Part shown: in pieces, positions 25,298-35,465 of the stretch
Position numbering within the stretch: the first letter of the stretch is position 1
Layout: each line of letters opens with the position of its first letter
Virus record (IMG/VR): IMGVR_UViG_3300031454_000230
Span: 1-51,013 of that record
DNA: 51,013 nt
Direction: 5' to 3' (one strand)
Source of the DNA: a virus
Lineage: Duplodnaviria > Caudoviricetes
Program-made: the position numbers and the translations under genes
Notes under the pieces: generated by a model
What the model saw: the letters and a program-made list of their open reading frames with translations, nothing else
Database searches by the model: none
What the model was told of the DNA's origin: nothing

Positions 25298-26196
25298 GCA
25301 CTCTCTTCCACCTCGCCGACCGGGTCCTGAACCGGCCGCTCCTGATCACGCCCGACAAGGCCGCCCTGATCGCGGCGGTGCTGGGCGGCCGGATTGGGCT
25401 CGGCGACCTCGCACCGCATCCGGAGGCCTCTCGCTTTGCGCCGAACGAGGCGAAGGACGAGCGGGGTCGGCCGACGGCTCCCTACCTCCGCACGCCGGAG
25501 GGCGTGGGCATCATTACCGTGATCGGCAGCCTTGTGAACCGGGGCGCGAACGTAGGGGCTTCGTCGGGTCTGACCTCGTACGAGGGCATCAAGCACCAGC
25601 TCGCCACCGCGGCAGCCGACCCGAAGGTCCGCTCGATCATCCTCGACCTCGCGACGCCCGGGGGCGAGGCGATCGGCTGCTTCGAAGCCGCGAAGGCGGT
25701 CCGCGACGTCGTCGAAGCCGGAAAGCCCGTCACGGCCGTCGTCAACGGCATGGCGGCCTCCGCCGGCTACGCGCTCGCCTCCGCCGCCTCGCGCATCGTC
25801 ACGACGCCGACCGGCGTCTCGGGCTCGATCGGCGTCGTTCTGATGCACGCCGACCTCTCGCGCGCGGTCGACAAGGCCGGGATCACGCCGACCTTCATCT
25901 TCGCCGGCGCCCACAAAGTCGACGGCAACCCGCTCGAGCCGCTGCCGGATGAAGTCCGGGCGGACCTGCAGGCCGAGGTCGACGCCTTCTACGACGGTTT
26001 CGTCGACCTGGTCGCGAGCGGCCGCCGCAACCTGTCGCCCGCAGCCGTCCGGGCGACGGAAGCCCGCACCTATGTCGGACGAGCCGCCCTCGATATCGGC
26101 CTCGTCGACGAGGTCGGCACGTTCGAGGACGTGCTGGCCGAGATGTCCCGCCAAGCGGTGCGCAGCACCCGCGTCATGAAAGGATTGACCCCATGA
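25294..26196 (+). CDS. S49 head maturation protease (gpC-like)
   Basis: LDLATPGGE, MAASAGYALAS, GSIGV, AGAHKVDGNP. Confidence 0.95.
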   Translation: MSTLFHLADRVLNRPLLITPDKAALIAAVLGGRIGLGDLAPHPEASRFAPNEAKDERGRPTAPYLRTPEGVGIITVIGSLVNRGANVGASSGLTSYEGIKHQLATAAADPKVRSIILDLATPGGEAIGCFEAAKAVRDVVEAGKPVTAVVNGMAASAGYALASAASRIVTTPTGVSGSIGVVLMHADLSRAVDKAGITPTFIFAGAHKVDGNPLEPLPDEVRADLQAEVDAFYDGFVDLVASGRRNLSPAAVRATEARTYVGRAALDIGLVDEVGTFEDVLAEMSRQAVRSTRVMKGLTP

Positions 26197-26582
26197 ACGA
26201 CGACACCATCACGATGGAAGCCCACACGGTCGCGCTCGCGACGGCCCGTCAGGAGGCTCACGAGGCCGGACGCCGGGATGGCGCGACGGCGGGGGCTGAA
26301 GCCGCCGCCACCCGCTTCAAGGCGATCCTCGGGCACAGCGAGGCCGCCGGTCGGGAAGCGCAGGCGCGCAGCATCGCCTTCGACACGAACCTCACGGCCG
26401 AGCAGGCGGGGGCGCTTCTCGCCACCGGCGCGAAGCAATCCGCCCCGACGCTCGCCGAACGCGCCGCCGCCGGCACGACTCTCCTGCCGACCGCCGGCCC
26501 GTCGCCGGAACCCGGCAAGCCCGCGAGCGACTTCGACCGCGGGCGCGAGATCGCCCAGCGCTTCGCCCCGACGGCGAAGTAA
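26193..26582 (+). CDS. Probable scaffolding protein (Nu3-like)
   Basis: RFKAILGHSEAAGREAQARSIAF motif; between protease and decoration protein. Confidence 0.7.
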   Translation: MNDDTITMEAHTVALATARQEAHEAGRRDGATAGAEAAATRFKAILGHSEAAGREAQARSIAFDTNLTAEQAGALLATGAKQSAPTLAERAAAGTTLLPTAGPSPEPGKPASDFDRGREIAQRFAPTAK

Positions 26583-26609
26583 TCCCTCGCTCCTGAAAGG
26601 ACCGCCCGC

Positions 26610-26987
26610 ATGCCGACCTCTCCCTACTTCTTCACGTCGCTCCTCGCGGGCGACACGGAAATCCCGCATCGGGCGATCGTGCTCGCGACGCCTCCGGCCG
26701 ACCTGCCGCGCGGCGCCGTGCTCGGCATCGTGACGGCGAGCGGCAAGTACGTCCTGTCCGCTTCGGCCGCTGGCGACGGATCGCAAGTGCCGAACGCCAT
26801 CCTGGCGTTCGACGTCCCGGCGAGCGCCGGGGCCGACGTTCCGGCCGCAGCCTACTTCATGGGCGAGTTCGTGGCCGAGAAGCTCAGCTTCGGCGCTGGC
26901 CACACGGCCGCGACCGTCGAGGCGTCGTTCCGGTCGCAGGCGGCCCCGATCGTCGTCAAGTCCGTCGGCGTCATCGCCTACCCGTAA
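26610..26987 (+). CDS. Head decoration protein (gpD-like)
   Basis: RGAVLGIVTASGKY..AGDGSQVPNAILA..YFMGEF. Confidence 0.9.
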   Translation: MPTSPYFFTSLLAGDTEIPHRAIVLATPPADLPRGAVLGIVTASGKYVLSASAAGDGSQVPNAILAFDVPASAGADVPAAAYFMGEFVAEKLSFGAGHTAATVEASFRSQAAPIVVKSVGVIAYP

Positions 26988-27029
26988 CCAGCACCAGCCC
27001 TCCGGACCGTCCCGGTCCACCGATCAACC

Positions 27030-27050
27030 GGCCCCGAGAGGGGCCTTTTT
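27030..27050 (+). terminator. Rho-independent terminator between decoration and capsid genes
   Basis: GGCCCC-GAGA-GGGGCC-TTTTT. Confidence 0.75.
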
Positions 27051-27070
27051 CTTGAAAAGGCTCCTCTCTC

Positions 27071-28111
27071 ATGGCGCTCATGGATCGCTACACCACTCAG
27101 ACGCTTCTCGGCATCCTGACCACGGTCAACCGCCCGAAGCGGTTTCTCCTCGAAACCTTCTTCACGCGCGAGCAGACCTTCGAGACGGCCGAGGTCGTCT
27201 TCGACAAGATCATCGGAACCCGCCGGCTCGCGCCCTTCGTGTCGCCGCTCGTCAAGGGCAAGCCCCAGCCGATCTCCGGCGAGGTGCTGTCGACCTATCG
27301 GCCGCCCTACGTGAAGCCGAAGCACGTCCTCGACCCGTCCCAGCCGCTGAAGCAGTTCCCGGGGGAGTCGATCGGCCTGTCCGGCGTGACGCCGGCCGAG
27401 CGCATGGACCGCCTGCGCGTTCGCCTCCTGCAGGAGCAGGACGACCAGATCACCCGTCGCGAGGAATGGATGGCGGCGCAGCTGCTGCTGACCGGCACCA
27501 TGGCGGTTGTGGCCGAGGATCACCCGCCGATGTTGATCGACCTCCTCCGGCCCTCCGCCAACACGGTCGCGCTCACGGGCGCCGCCCGCTGGGGCCAGGC
27601 CGGCGTCTCGCCCTTCCAGTACATCCAGGACCAGGCCGCGAGGATCGCCTCGGCGACCGGCTTCTCGCCGAGCCTCGTCATCCTGGACCCGCTCGCGGCG
27701 CGGCTCCTCCTTAAGGACCCCGTCATCCTGCAGGTCTTCGGCCTGTTCCAGGGCCCGTCCCGCTCGCTCGACCTTCTCGGCCGAGTCGCGCCCGGGTCGA
27801 ACGGCGAGGCCGTCCTGCTCGGCGCCCTCGGGGGCTTCGAGTTCTGGCAGTACCAGCACACCTATTCCGACACGGACGGCACGACTCGAAAGATGCTGCC
27901 GGACAACACGATGATCCTCGGCTCTCCGGCCGGCGCCGAAGGCGTGCGGGCTTACGGCGCGATCCTCGACTTCGGCACGCTGCAGGCCATGAGCCGCTAC
28001 CCGAAGGAGTGGATGGAGGAGGACCCGTCCGCGCACTTCCTGATGACGCAGTCCGCCCCGCTGCCGCTTCTCGGCCGTGCCGAGGCGACCGCCGCCTTCA
28101 CGGTCGCCTGA
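27071..28111 (+). CDS. Major capsid protein (lambda gpE family)
   Basis: FLLETFF, RLAPFVSP, PPYVKPK, RREEWMAAQLL, YPKEW..DPS..MTQSAPL. Confidence 0.96.
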   Translation: MALMDRYTTQTLLGILTTVNRPKRFLLETFFTREQTFETAEVVFDKIIGTRRLAPFVSPLVKGKPQPISGEVLSTYRPPYVKPKHVLDPSQPLKQFPGESIGLSGVTPAERMDRLRVRLLQEQDDQITRREEWMAAQLLLTGTMAVVAEDHPPMLIDLLRPSANTVALTGAARWGQAGVSPFQYIQDQAARIASATGFSPSLVILDPLAARLLLKDPVILQVFGLFQGPSRSLDLLGRVAPGSNGEAVLLGALGGFEFWQYQHTYSDTDGTTRKMLPDNTMILGSPAGAEGVRAYGAILDFGTLQAMSRYPKEWMEEDPSAHFLMTQSAPLPLLGRAEATAAFTVA

Positions 28112-28145
28112 CGCCCTCGCGCGCCCACAACCGGAGCACCAAGCC

Positions 28146-28469
28146 ATGAAGACGACGACCATCATCCTGCCTGCCACCGTCTCGGTGGTGGACGAAGAGC
28201 GCTCGACGCCGATCGAGCGCAACGCCGCCGGCCACGTGATCGGCGGCTCCGTCGTCACGAGGGAGATCCCGGCCGGCGAGGAGGTCACCTTGCCCGAAGC
28301 CGAGGCCCTAGCTCTCGTCGAGCGCTATGGCGGCCGCGTCAAGGATGGGCCGGAGGGCGTGAAGCGCGACCCGGCCTCGACCGATCTCGACAAGGTCGCG
28401 ACCCTGGACGCCGAGCCGCAGGCCGAGGACACGAAGGCGCGGCGTCGCAAGGCCGGCGACGAAGCCTGA
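28146..28469 (+). CDS. Head-associated protein (gpFI-like position)
   Basis: GGAG SD; IPAGEEVTLPEAEALALVER; follows the capsid gene. Confidence 0.65.
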   Translation: MKTTTIILPATVSVVDEERSTPIERNAAGHVIGGSVVTREIPAGEEVTLPEAEALALVERYGGRVKDGPEGVKRDPASTDLDKVATLDAEPQAEDTKARRRKAGDEA

Positions 28470-28473
28470 TCCT

Positions 28474-28869
28474 GTGCCGTCCGCCTACGCTCAGGGCCTC
28501 GGTCAAGCCCGGTCCGCCGTCGCCGACACCATGGGCGAGCCCTTCCTCCTCCATGGCAGGAAGGCATCGGCGGACGTGAACGGGCCGACCGTGGCGGACC
28601 CCGCCCGCCCGGCCCCCATCCCCGTCACTGGCGTCCTGTTCGCGATCGGGGCGAGGCTCAACAAAGCGAACACCTACGATACGAATACATTGAGCCGGCC
28701 GGGATCGGTCAACGCGACGACGACGATCGCCGTGCAACTCCCCGACGGTGCCGAGCTGAGGCGCGGCGACGTGCTCGAGCATGTTGAGGACGGGTCGCGC
28801 TTCCGGGTGTCTTCGATCGTGGGTCACGGCCTCCTCGGCCTGCGCTGCTTCGTCGAACGGCTGAGCTGA
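28474..28869 (+). CDS. Head-tail adaptor (gpFII-like)
   Basis: Position; LRRGDVL..FRVSSI beta-barrel pattern. Confidence 0.7.
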   Translation: MPSAYAQGLGQARSAVADTMGEPFLLHGRKASADVNGPTVADPARPAPIPVTGVLFAIGARLNKANTYDTNTLSRPGSVNATTTIAVQLPDGAELRRGDVLEHVEDGSRFRVSSIVGHGLLGLRCFVERLS

Positions 28870-28879
28870 GGCCCGGCCC

Positions 28880-29677
28880 GTGTCCTTGTCCCGTCTCGCC
28901 CTCCGCCTCGCGGCCGTGGAGGCCCTGCGGCCATCCGCGACGGGTTCGGCCGGGCCGTTCCCGACCCTGGCCGGGCCGCGCGTCTACGACAGCCGCCTCG
29001 ACGTTATCGACACCCTGTCGGACATCGACGCGAAGCCGATGCTCCTCGTCTACACCGAAGAGCAGAACAACAAGCCTTACGGCAACGCCGTGCATCGGCC
29101 GGACGAGTCGATCGTCACCCTCGTGGTCGAGATCTCGGTCGCGTTGCGCGGCGAGGTCGAGATCGCCCATCCGGACGGCACGACCGAGACCGTCAACACG
29201 GTCGAGACGCCGCTCACCGATCGCGAGCACGAGGCGCTCCTCGACGTGCTCGAGGCGACGGTGCGGCGCGTGTTTGACCGGAATGCCACGGTCGCCAGCG
29301 CGGCCCTGTTCTTCCTGGTCGCCATGGAAGTTCGTGCGATCGAAAGCGAACCTCTGCGCGACGCGGACAAGACGACCCGGCTCGCGGCCAGGACCCTCAA
29401 GTTCACCGTCAAGGTCGTCGGCGACCGCTGGCCGGTTCCGACGTTGCCACCGTCACCCGCCGCAACGGGCCTCGCCCGGTTGCCCGAGCCCCTCGCGAGC
29501 GTCGCCCGCGCCGTCCCATCCACCTCGAGCGCCGGCGCCCTCCTCGCGCGTGTCGCGGCCTGGCTGCCCGATCCCGACGGCCTGACGCCGCTCGCCGCCA
29601 TCAACCCGTCCGTCGCGCTCGACCGCGGCACCCCCTCGTTCGACGACGTCGCCGGCGTCGTCCTCACGGAGACCTGA
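28880..29677 (+). CDS. Tail completion/terminator-like structural protein
   Basis: PTLAGPRVYDSRLD..LLVYTEE; between adaptor and sheath. Confidence 0.7.
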   Translation: MSLSRLALRLAAVEALRPSATGSAGPFPTLAGPRVYDSRLDVIDTLSDIDAKPMLLVYTEEQNNKPYGNAVHRPDESIVTLVVEISVALRGEVEIAHPDGTTETVNTVETPLTDREHEALLDVLEATVRRVFDRNATVASAALFFLVAMEVRAIESEPLRDADKTTRLAARTLKFTVKVVGDRWPVPTLPPSPAATGLARLPEPLASVARAVPSTSSAGALLARVAAWLPDPDGLTPLAAINPSVALDRGTPSFDDVAGVVLTET

Positions 29678-29678
29678 C

Positions 29679-29930
29679 ATGCGCCTGACCCTGGTCAAGC
29701 TCGCCGACCCCGACCACCGGCTCCCCATGCCGGATCGCGGCGGCCGCCCTTTCTCGGCCGATGGCGAGTCGGTCGACCTCGACGCGCCGTTCTGGCTCGC
29801 CTGCCTCGCCGACGGCTCGATCGTCGAGGCCAAGACCGACGCGGCCAAGGCCGACGCGGGCGAGGCTCGGCCCGATGCGGGCCTGGCCGTCACTGCTATC
29901 CCGACCACCCCGAACGCGCGAGGCAAGTGA
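29679..29930 (+). CDS. DUF2635-like small tail protein
   Basis: DGESVDLDAPFWLACLADGSIV; precedes a Mu-type sheath. Confidence 0.75.
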   Translation: MRLTLVKLADPDHRLPMPDRGGRPFSADGESVDLDAPFWLACLADGSIVEAKTDAAKADAGEARPDAGLAVTAIPTTPNARGK

Positions 29931-29932
29931 TC

Positions 29933-31438
29933 ATGGCCGGCATTGGCTTCAACTCCATCCCGGGTCAGGGCCTGACGGCTCCGATCTTCGCCTTCGAGGT
30001 CAACTCGGGCGGCCAGTACGACAGCGCGAGCCGCCTCGTGCTCCTCGGCCACAAGACGACGGCCGGCTCGCTCGCCGACAACACGCCCTCCGTCGTGGCC
30101 TCCCAGCAGGAAGCCGACGCCCTCGCGGGCCCGGGCTCCATGCTGCGCGAGATGTACCGGATCGCGCGCGCCAACGCGCCCGTCCAGGAGATCTACGTCG
30201 TGCCCGTCCCGGCGACCGGCGTCGCCCAGGTGTCCTCGGTCACGATCGCGAGCCTGCCCGCCGCGGGCGGGGTCGGCGTGTTCCGGGTCTGCGGCGAGGA
30301 GATCGCCATCACGATCGGGGCCGGCGACAGCGCCACCACGATCGCCGCCGCGGTGGCTGCCGCTATCAGCGGCTACTACAACACCCTCACGGCTGCCATG
30401 CTGCCCGTGACGGCGACGTCGTCCGCAGGCGTCGTGACGATCGCGGCCCGGCATGCGGGGGCGCTCGGCGCCGAGATCGCGATCGAGGTCCCGGCCCGCA
30501 TCGGCAACGTGTTCGCGGCCGCGAACGTGTGGACGCTCGCGACGGTGACGCCCGGCTCCGGCATCCCGTCTCTCGCGGCCGCGCTCGCGGCGCTCGCCGA
30601 CAACCCGGCCGACCTCGTGGTTGGGCCCTGGGCCGACGCGACCTCGCTCGACGCCTACGGCACGACCATGTCCGACGGGGTCGGGCGCTGGGGGTACAGC
30701 CGCCAGAGCTACGGCCACGTCATCGCCTGCAACACAGGCAACACCTCCGCCCAGACCACGCTCGGGCTCGCCCGCAACGACCGCCACGTCACGATCCTGC
30801 CCCGCCCCGCCGGTGCGTCGCATCCGTCCTGGCTGTGGGCGGCCGGCTTCGCGGGACGCGTCATCCCCTGGCTGTCCGATTGCGTGCTCGGCAACGTGTC
30901 TCGCAACCAGACCGGCCTCGTCGTCGAGGGCCTTTCGCCCCCGGCTGACCCGAGCGCTGTCTGGGGCTACGGCGCCCGCAACGTCTTCCTCAATTCCGGG
31001 ATCTCGACCTGGAACGTGACGGCGGACGGCAAGGTCGCGGTCGACAAGCTCGTCACCACCTACCGGCTCGGCGTTCTGGGGCAGCCCGACGCGGTGTTCC
31101 GCGACATCCAGGCCCTGTTCCAGGTGGCTGGTGGGCTGAAGTTCATCCGCAGCGTCATGGCGGACGAGCACGGCCAGAAAGCGATCGCGGACACAAATCC
31201 CGGCAACCTCGCGGCCATCTCGACGCCGTCGGACGTCAAGGCGACCGCGATCCACGCCTACGCGAACCTCTGCGCTCGCGGCGTCTTCGAGGATGAGCCC
31301 GGCTTCACCCGCCGCGTGATCGCTCGCCGGAACGTCCAGAACCCGGCCCGCATCGACCTCCTGATGCCGATGGACCGGGTCAACCCGCTCGACATCCTCG
31401 CGGCCAACGCGACGATCTACGCCCAGTATCCGGTCTGA
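29933..31438 (+). CDS. Contractile tail sheath protein (Mu-like)
   Basis: FNSIP..PIFAFEV, GPGSML, GRW..QSYGH, NSGIST, VTTY, NPARIDL. Confidence 0.95.
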   Translation: MAGIGFNSIPGQGLTAPIFAFEVNSGGQYDSASRLVLLGHKTTAGSLADNTPSVVASQQEADALAGPGSMLREMYRIARANAPVQEIYVVPVPATGVAQVSSVTIASLPAAGGVGVFRVCGEEIAITIGAGDSATTIAAAVAAAISGYYNTLTAAMLPVTATSSAGVVTIAARHAGALGAEIAIEVPARIGNVFAAANVWTLATVTPGSGIPSLAAALAALADNPADLVVGPWADATSLDAYGTTMSDGVGRWGYSRQSYGHVIACNTGNTSAQTTLGLARNDRHVTILPRPAGASHPSWLWAAGFAGRVIPWLSDCVLGNVSRNQTGLVVEGLSPPADPSAVWGYGARNVFLNSGISTWNVTADGKVAVDKLVTTYRLGVLGQPDAVFRDIQALFQVAGGLKFIRSVMADEHGQKAIADTNPGNLAAISTPSDVKATAIHAYANLCARGVFEDEPGFTRRVIARRNVQNPARIDLLMPMDRVNPLDILAANATIYAQYPV

Positions 31439-31470
31439 TCGACCGCACCCCCCTCTGAAGGAGACACACC

Positions 31471-31839
31471 ATGGCCGACTTCGGCGGCGAAATGCGGTTC
31501 ACCTATGACGGCACGCCCCTCAAGCTGCGGGCCGCGATCTCCTACAATCCGGCCCGCTTCGAGATCGAGAGCGTCATCAACCAGGACAACAGCGTCTCGC
31601 GGACGCTGAAGCCCACGGCCTACGACTTCGAGGTCACCTTCGAGGACGCGGCCGGCCACGATTGGGACGCCATCATGCTCGGCGGCCCCTACAATATCAC
31701 CGTCGTCGAGGACACGGTCGGCGCGCTGCACATGTGGACCCGCGCTTCCTTCAAGGGGCGACCGTCCGTCGCCCGCGAGACCGGCGAGGTCACGGGCATC
31801 ACAGGGGTCGCGGAAGCGTACCGCCAGACGCGGGCGTGA
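31471..31839 (+). CDS. Tail tube protein (Mu-like)
   Basis: 122 aa directly after the sheath; GAAGGAG SD. Confidence 0.85.
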   Translation: MADFGGEMRFTYDGTPLKLRAAISYNPARFEIESVINQDNSVSRTLKPTAYDFEVTFEDAAGHDWDAIMLGGPYNITVVEDTVGALHMWTRASFKGRPSVARETGEVTGITGVAEAYRQTRA

Positions 31840-32402
31840 TCGCCTCACTCTCCGCCCACACGGAGGAGATCGCCCGGCTCGGGGCGCGGATCGCGGCCGC
31901 CGGCAAGGGGACGGGGCCGGCCTACGCGGCAGCCCTCAACCGCGTCGGCGCGATGACGCGCACCGGCATGGTCCGCGCGATGGTCGGCCAGACCGGCCTG
32001 AAGCGGAAGGTGATCGACAAGGCGCTGCGCAAGACGACCGCCTCGCCGGGGTCGCTGACCTACATGGTCCGGTCCGCGGGCGGCGACATCAGCCTGAAGT
32101 ACTTCGGGGCGCGCGAGACCCGGCGTGGCGTGTCGGCCGCCCCGTTCGGCCACCGCCAGCTCTTCGCCGGCACCTTCATCAAGGGCGGGCGCTTCCCCGC
32201 CCGAAAGACCGCGAAGGGCCTGAACGGGCACGTCTACCGTCGCACCGGCAAGGGCAGGGGGCCGCTCCGGCTGGTGAAGTCGGGTGTGATCATCCCGCGC
32301 GAGATGGTGATCGACGACACCCGGGCGATCTTCTTCCGCACCGTCCAGGCGAACCTGCCGGGCCGGCTGCTGCACGAGCTCGGGCGACGGCTGGCGAGCT
32401 GA
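31836..32402 (+). CDS. Basic minor tail protein (gpZ-like)
   Basis: AAALNRVG..MVGQTGLKRK, GTFIKGG, GHVYRRTGKGR. Confidence 0.75.
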   Translation: MIASLSAHTEEIARLGARIAAAGKGTGPAYAAALNRVGAMTRTGMVRAMVGQTGLKRKVIDKALRKTTASPGSLTYMVRSAGGDISLKYFGARETRRGVSAAPFGHRQLFAGTFIKGGRFPARKTAKGLNGHVYRRTGKGRGPLRLVKSGVIIPREMVIDDTRAIFFRTVQANLPGRLLHELGRRLAS

Positions 32403-32417
32403 TCCGTGAGGAGCACC

Positions 32418-32768
32418 ATGGCGAAGACCGAGACCGTGAAGCTGACCGAGCCTGTCCTTTGGCACGACCGCCAGCTGACCGAGCTGACCTTGCGCGAGCC
32501 GCGCGCCCGCGACTTCTTCGCCTTCGGCGAGCCCATGACCTGGGCACGCACCGGCGACGGCAACGCTGTGTCCGTCGAGAACCCGGACGTGATCGGCCGC
32601 TACCTCGACGCCTGCATCGTGCATGAGGGCGGCTCGGCCCTTCTCGGCCTCGTCGGCCTCACGGACGCTTTTGCGCTGAAGGACGCCGTGCTCGGTTTTT
32701 TCGTGGCGGCGCGGCTGGCCAGCTTGCCAGCCGATGCGACCTCCTCGTCTTCGACCTCCACGCCGTAA
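32418..32768 (+). CDS. Tail assembly chaperone (Mu gp41-like)
   Basis: VKLTEPV..LTELTLREPRARD; ends near a GFF slippery site. Confidence 0.85.
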   Translation: MAKTETVKLTEPVLWHDRQLTELTLREPRARDFFAFGEPMTWARTGDGNAVSVENPDVIGRYLDACIVHEGGSALLGLVGLTDAFALKDAVLGFFVAARLASLPADATSSSSTSTP

Positions 32769-32857
32769 GCGCGGTCGAGGTTGGCGATCTGACCTTTTCG
32801 GAAGTCCATTACTGGATCGACCGCGCCCTCCGGGCCGGGAAGCTCAAGCGGAAGTGA
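32694..32857 (+). other. Programmed -1 frameshift site and extended chaperone frame
   Basis: GGTTTTTT at 32694-32701; the -1 frame reads ..DLLVFDLHAVSAVEVGDLTFSEVHYWIDRA.. to TGA 32857. Confidence 0.8.
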
Positions 32858-32867
32858 GGGCGCGGCG

Positions 32868-35465
32868 ATGACCGACATGCGCGCCCGGGCCATCATCGAG
32901 GCCGTCGACAAGACCGGGAACACCTTCGACAAGATCGCCGCCAAGATGAAGGCGGTCGACCAAGCGGCGAAGGCCATGAAGACCGCCGTTGCCGCCGGGA
33001 AGATCGGTGCCGAGGTCGACCGCGCGACGCGCGCCATGGCGAAGCTCGGGAAGACGGACGCCTTCCGCGACCAGCACGCCTCCTTCATCGGCGCGCGCAC
33101 CACGTACCGTCGCGTCCAGCAGGACGTGCAACGCCTCGCCCGGGAAATGAAGGCGGCCGAGAAGCCGACGGCGGCGCTGGCGCGGGAGTTCGCGAAGGCC
33201 AAGGTGGCGGTGAAGGACGCGGCTGCGGCGTACGCCGAGAAGGCGCAAGCCGTGAAGCTGGCGAAGCGCGAGATGGAAGCAGCCGGGGTGCCGACCCGCG
33301 CCCTGTCCCGGCAAGAGGACGCGCTGCGTAACACGCTCCTGAACTCTAACCGAGCGCTCGGCCGGCAGACGATTGAGGTCGGAAAAAACAAGGTGGCGCT
33401 TCGCGAACGGCTCGCCACTCAACAGCGGGTGGACCGTCACGCCGACCGCCACGCCGACCGTCAAGCTGGTCGTCACCACGGTTTCGTGGCGGAAGCGACC
33501 GGCGCGGCGGCGGGCGCGGCCGGCGTCCACAGCGTCGTCGGCGGCATCAAGAAGGCGGCCAAGGACGGCGCGAATTACCAGCACGAGCGCGTGGCGCTCG
33601 AAAATGCCGGCCGCACCCACCACGAGATCGACGAGATTGAGCACGTCTCCCGAGAGACGACGAAGCAGCTCCCGACCGCGACCTATTCCGAGAACCTAAA
33701 GGTCATAAACGAGACAACGGGCGCGTTCGGGTCGCTTCACCATGCGATCGAGAATCTGCCGTTCATGCAGAAGACCGCTTCGGTTCTGCACGCTGCGGCT
33801 GGCGACAAGATCCACGAGGGTGCCGGCGAGCTGGGGAACAAGCTGGCCCGCTTCTTCGAAGAGCGCCAAGTCGCTGGCGATACGCCGACGTTCCAGCGAG
33901 AGGCCGAAGGGCTTGTGAGGGCGATGGCCTTCACGCGCGGCAATTTCAATCCTTCGGAGGCCATGAACTTCGCGCAACAAGCAAAGTCATCGCTTCCGAA
34001 CTACAGCGAGCGGTTTCTTACCCGGATCGCACCCTCTCTCGTCACGATGCTGGGGGGGCACAGAGCCGGCACCGCTGCGAATGCTTTCACGAGTGTCGTC
34101 ACCGGCAAGGTCAACGACAAAAAGCAAGCCGAAGAATGGCTCCGCTACGGACTGCTCGATCCGAAGCAGACCACGACGAAGGGCGGACACGCGGTTGGCT
34201 GGCGTGCTGGCGCTGTGAAGGACACAAACCTTGCCCTCTCCGACCCCCTGAAGTGGATGGAAGAGGTCGCCTTGCCGGCCATGAAGGCGAAAGGCGTCAA
34301 GGTCGACGACCGGCTAGAGCTGACGAAAGCTCTCGCGACGATGTTTCGGAACCAGAACGCGAACGTCTTCGCCAACGATCTTGCGCAACCCGCCTCGCGC
34401 ACTCGACTGCACAAAGACGAGGAGATGATCGGCAGGGCCGGAACCCTCGACGAGATTTACCAGCGCAACCTCCGGGAAGACCCGAAGATTGCGCTCACCG
34501 GAGTGACGGCTGGCCTCGACAACCTCCTGACCGTCGCCGCCTCGCCGATGATGGCGAAGGCCGCAGCCGGCCTGACGACTCTCTCCGGTGCCTTGAACAA
34601 GGTTGCGGATTACGGGGCCGAGCACCCGACGGCCGCGCTGGCGGTGGGCGGGGCCGCCGCAGCTGGCGGCCTCGCGGCCTCCGGCGCTGTCACCGCCAGC
34701 CTCATCAACAACGGCATCGGTGGAACGCTCGCCATAGGCGGCAATGCCGTGGGGGCCGGGGTGGGAGCGGCCGCGCGCGCGACACCAACAATGGCGGCTG
34801 GCTACGGTGTTTACGTCCTAGCGGACGCGTTCAAGACGGCGATCGGGGCAGCCCTCGACAATTGGCAGCCGAAGGGGGCGGAGAACATTGCCGGGCTGCG
34901 GCGACAGCTCGACGAGGTCGAAACCAAGCGCAGCGACATTCAATCGCGCCTCCACCCCTCGCGGCGCGGCGAGCCGAACGCCGACCTGGACCGGCTCTCA
35001 GGCGAGGCTGGCGATCTTCGCAATCGCATCCGCTCCGGGGAAGAGAGGATGCGCAAGATCAGTGAAGCAATGGGGACCCGGGGCTCGTCGGCCCCGACGA
35101 CGGTCGGGACCGCCGCCGCCGGCTTCGGCCTGAACGGGCCGCAATTCGCAGCCGCAGGGCCGGTCCCGTCCGCGCCGCTGTCGGGAACGGTCCCGCACCG
35201 GCTGCCGCCACCGCGCCCGGAGGGCATCGGCGCGTCTGGAAAAATCGAAGCGACGGTCAAGCCCGATCAGATTACGGCCAAGGTCACGGAGCCGGTCGAC
35301 GTCACGGGCAAGGTCGAAGCCGAGATCACGGGCGCGGCGCAGGTCGCCGTCACCGTCAAGGTCGAGGGTGGCGGGCAGGTCACGAACATGTCGGCGTCCT
35401 CCTCCGGCAACGTCCGCGCGTCCGTCGGCACGTCCATGCCGCATATCAAGGCGGGGCCGCGATGA
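32868..35465 (+). CDS. Tape measure protein
   Basis: 865 aa, Ala-rich and helical; IIEAVDKT start; follows the chaperone. Confidence 0.9.
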   Translation: MTDMRARAIIEAVDKTGNTFDKIAAKMKAVDQAAKAMKTAVAAGKIGAEVDRATRAMAKLGKTDAFRDQHASFIGARTTYRRVQQDVQRLAREMKAAEKPTAALAREFAKAKVAVKDAAAAYAEKAQAVKLAKREMEAAGVPTRALSRQEDALRNTLLNSNRALGRQTIEVGKNKVALRERLATQQRVDRHADRHADRQAGRHHGFVAEATGAAAGAAGVHSVVGGIKKAAKDGANYQHERVALENAGRTHHEIDEIEHVSRETTKQLPTATYSENLKVINETTGAFGSLHHAIENLPFMQKTASVLHAAAGDKIHEGAGELGNKLARFFEERQVAGDTPTFQREAEGLVRAMAFTRGNFNPSEAMNFAQQAKSSLPNYSERFLTRIAPSLVTMLGGHRAGTAANAFTSVVTGKVNDKKQAEEWLRYGLLDPKQTTTKGGHAVGWRAGAVKDTNLALSDPLKWMEEVALPAMKAKGVKVDDRLELTKALATMFRNQNANVFANDLAQPASRTRLHKDEEMIGRAGTLDEIYQRNLREDPKIALTGVTAGLDNLLTVAASPMMAKAAAGLTTLSGALNKVADYGAEHPTAALAVGGAAAAGGLAASGAVTASLINNGIGGTLAIGGNAVGAGVGAAARATPTMAAGYGVYVLADAFKTAIGAALDNWQPKGAENIAGLRRQLDEVETKRSDIQSRLHPSRRGEPNADLDRLSGEAGDLRNRIRSGEERMRKISEAMGTRGSSAPTTVGTAAAGFGLNGPQFAAAGPVPSAPLSGTVPHRLPPPRPEGIGASGKIEATVKPDQITAKVTEPVDVTGKVEAEITGAAQVAVTVKVEGGGQVTNMSASSSGNVRASVGTSMPHIKAGPR

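Noticed and set aside
33431-33480. 12-bp repeat in the tape measure gene (DRHADRHADRQAGRHH)
   Set aside because: Short in-frame low-complexity duplication with no evidence of a separate function
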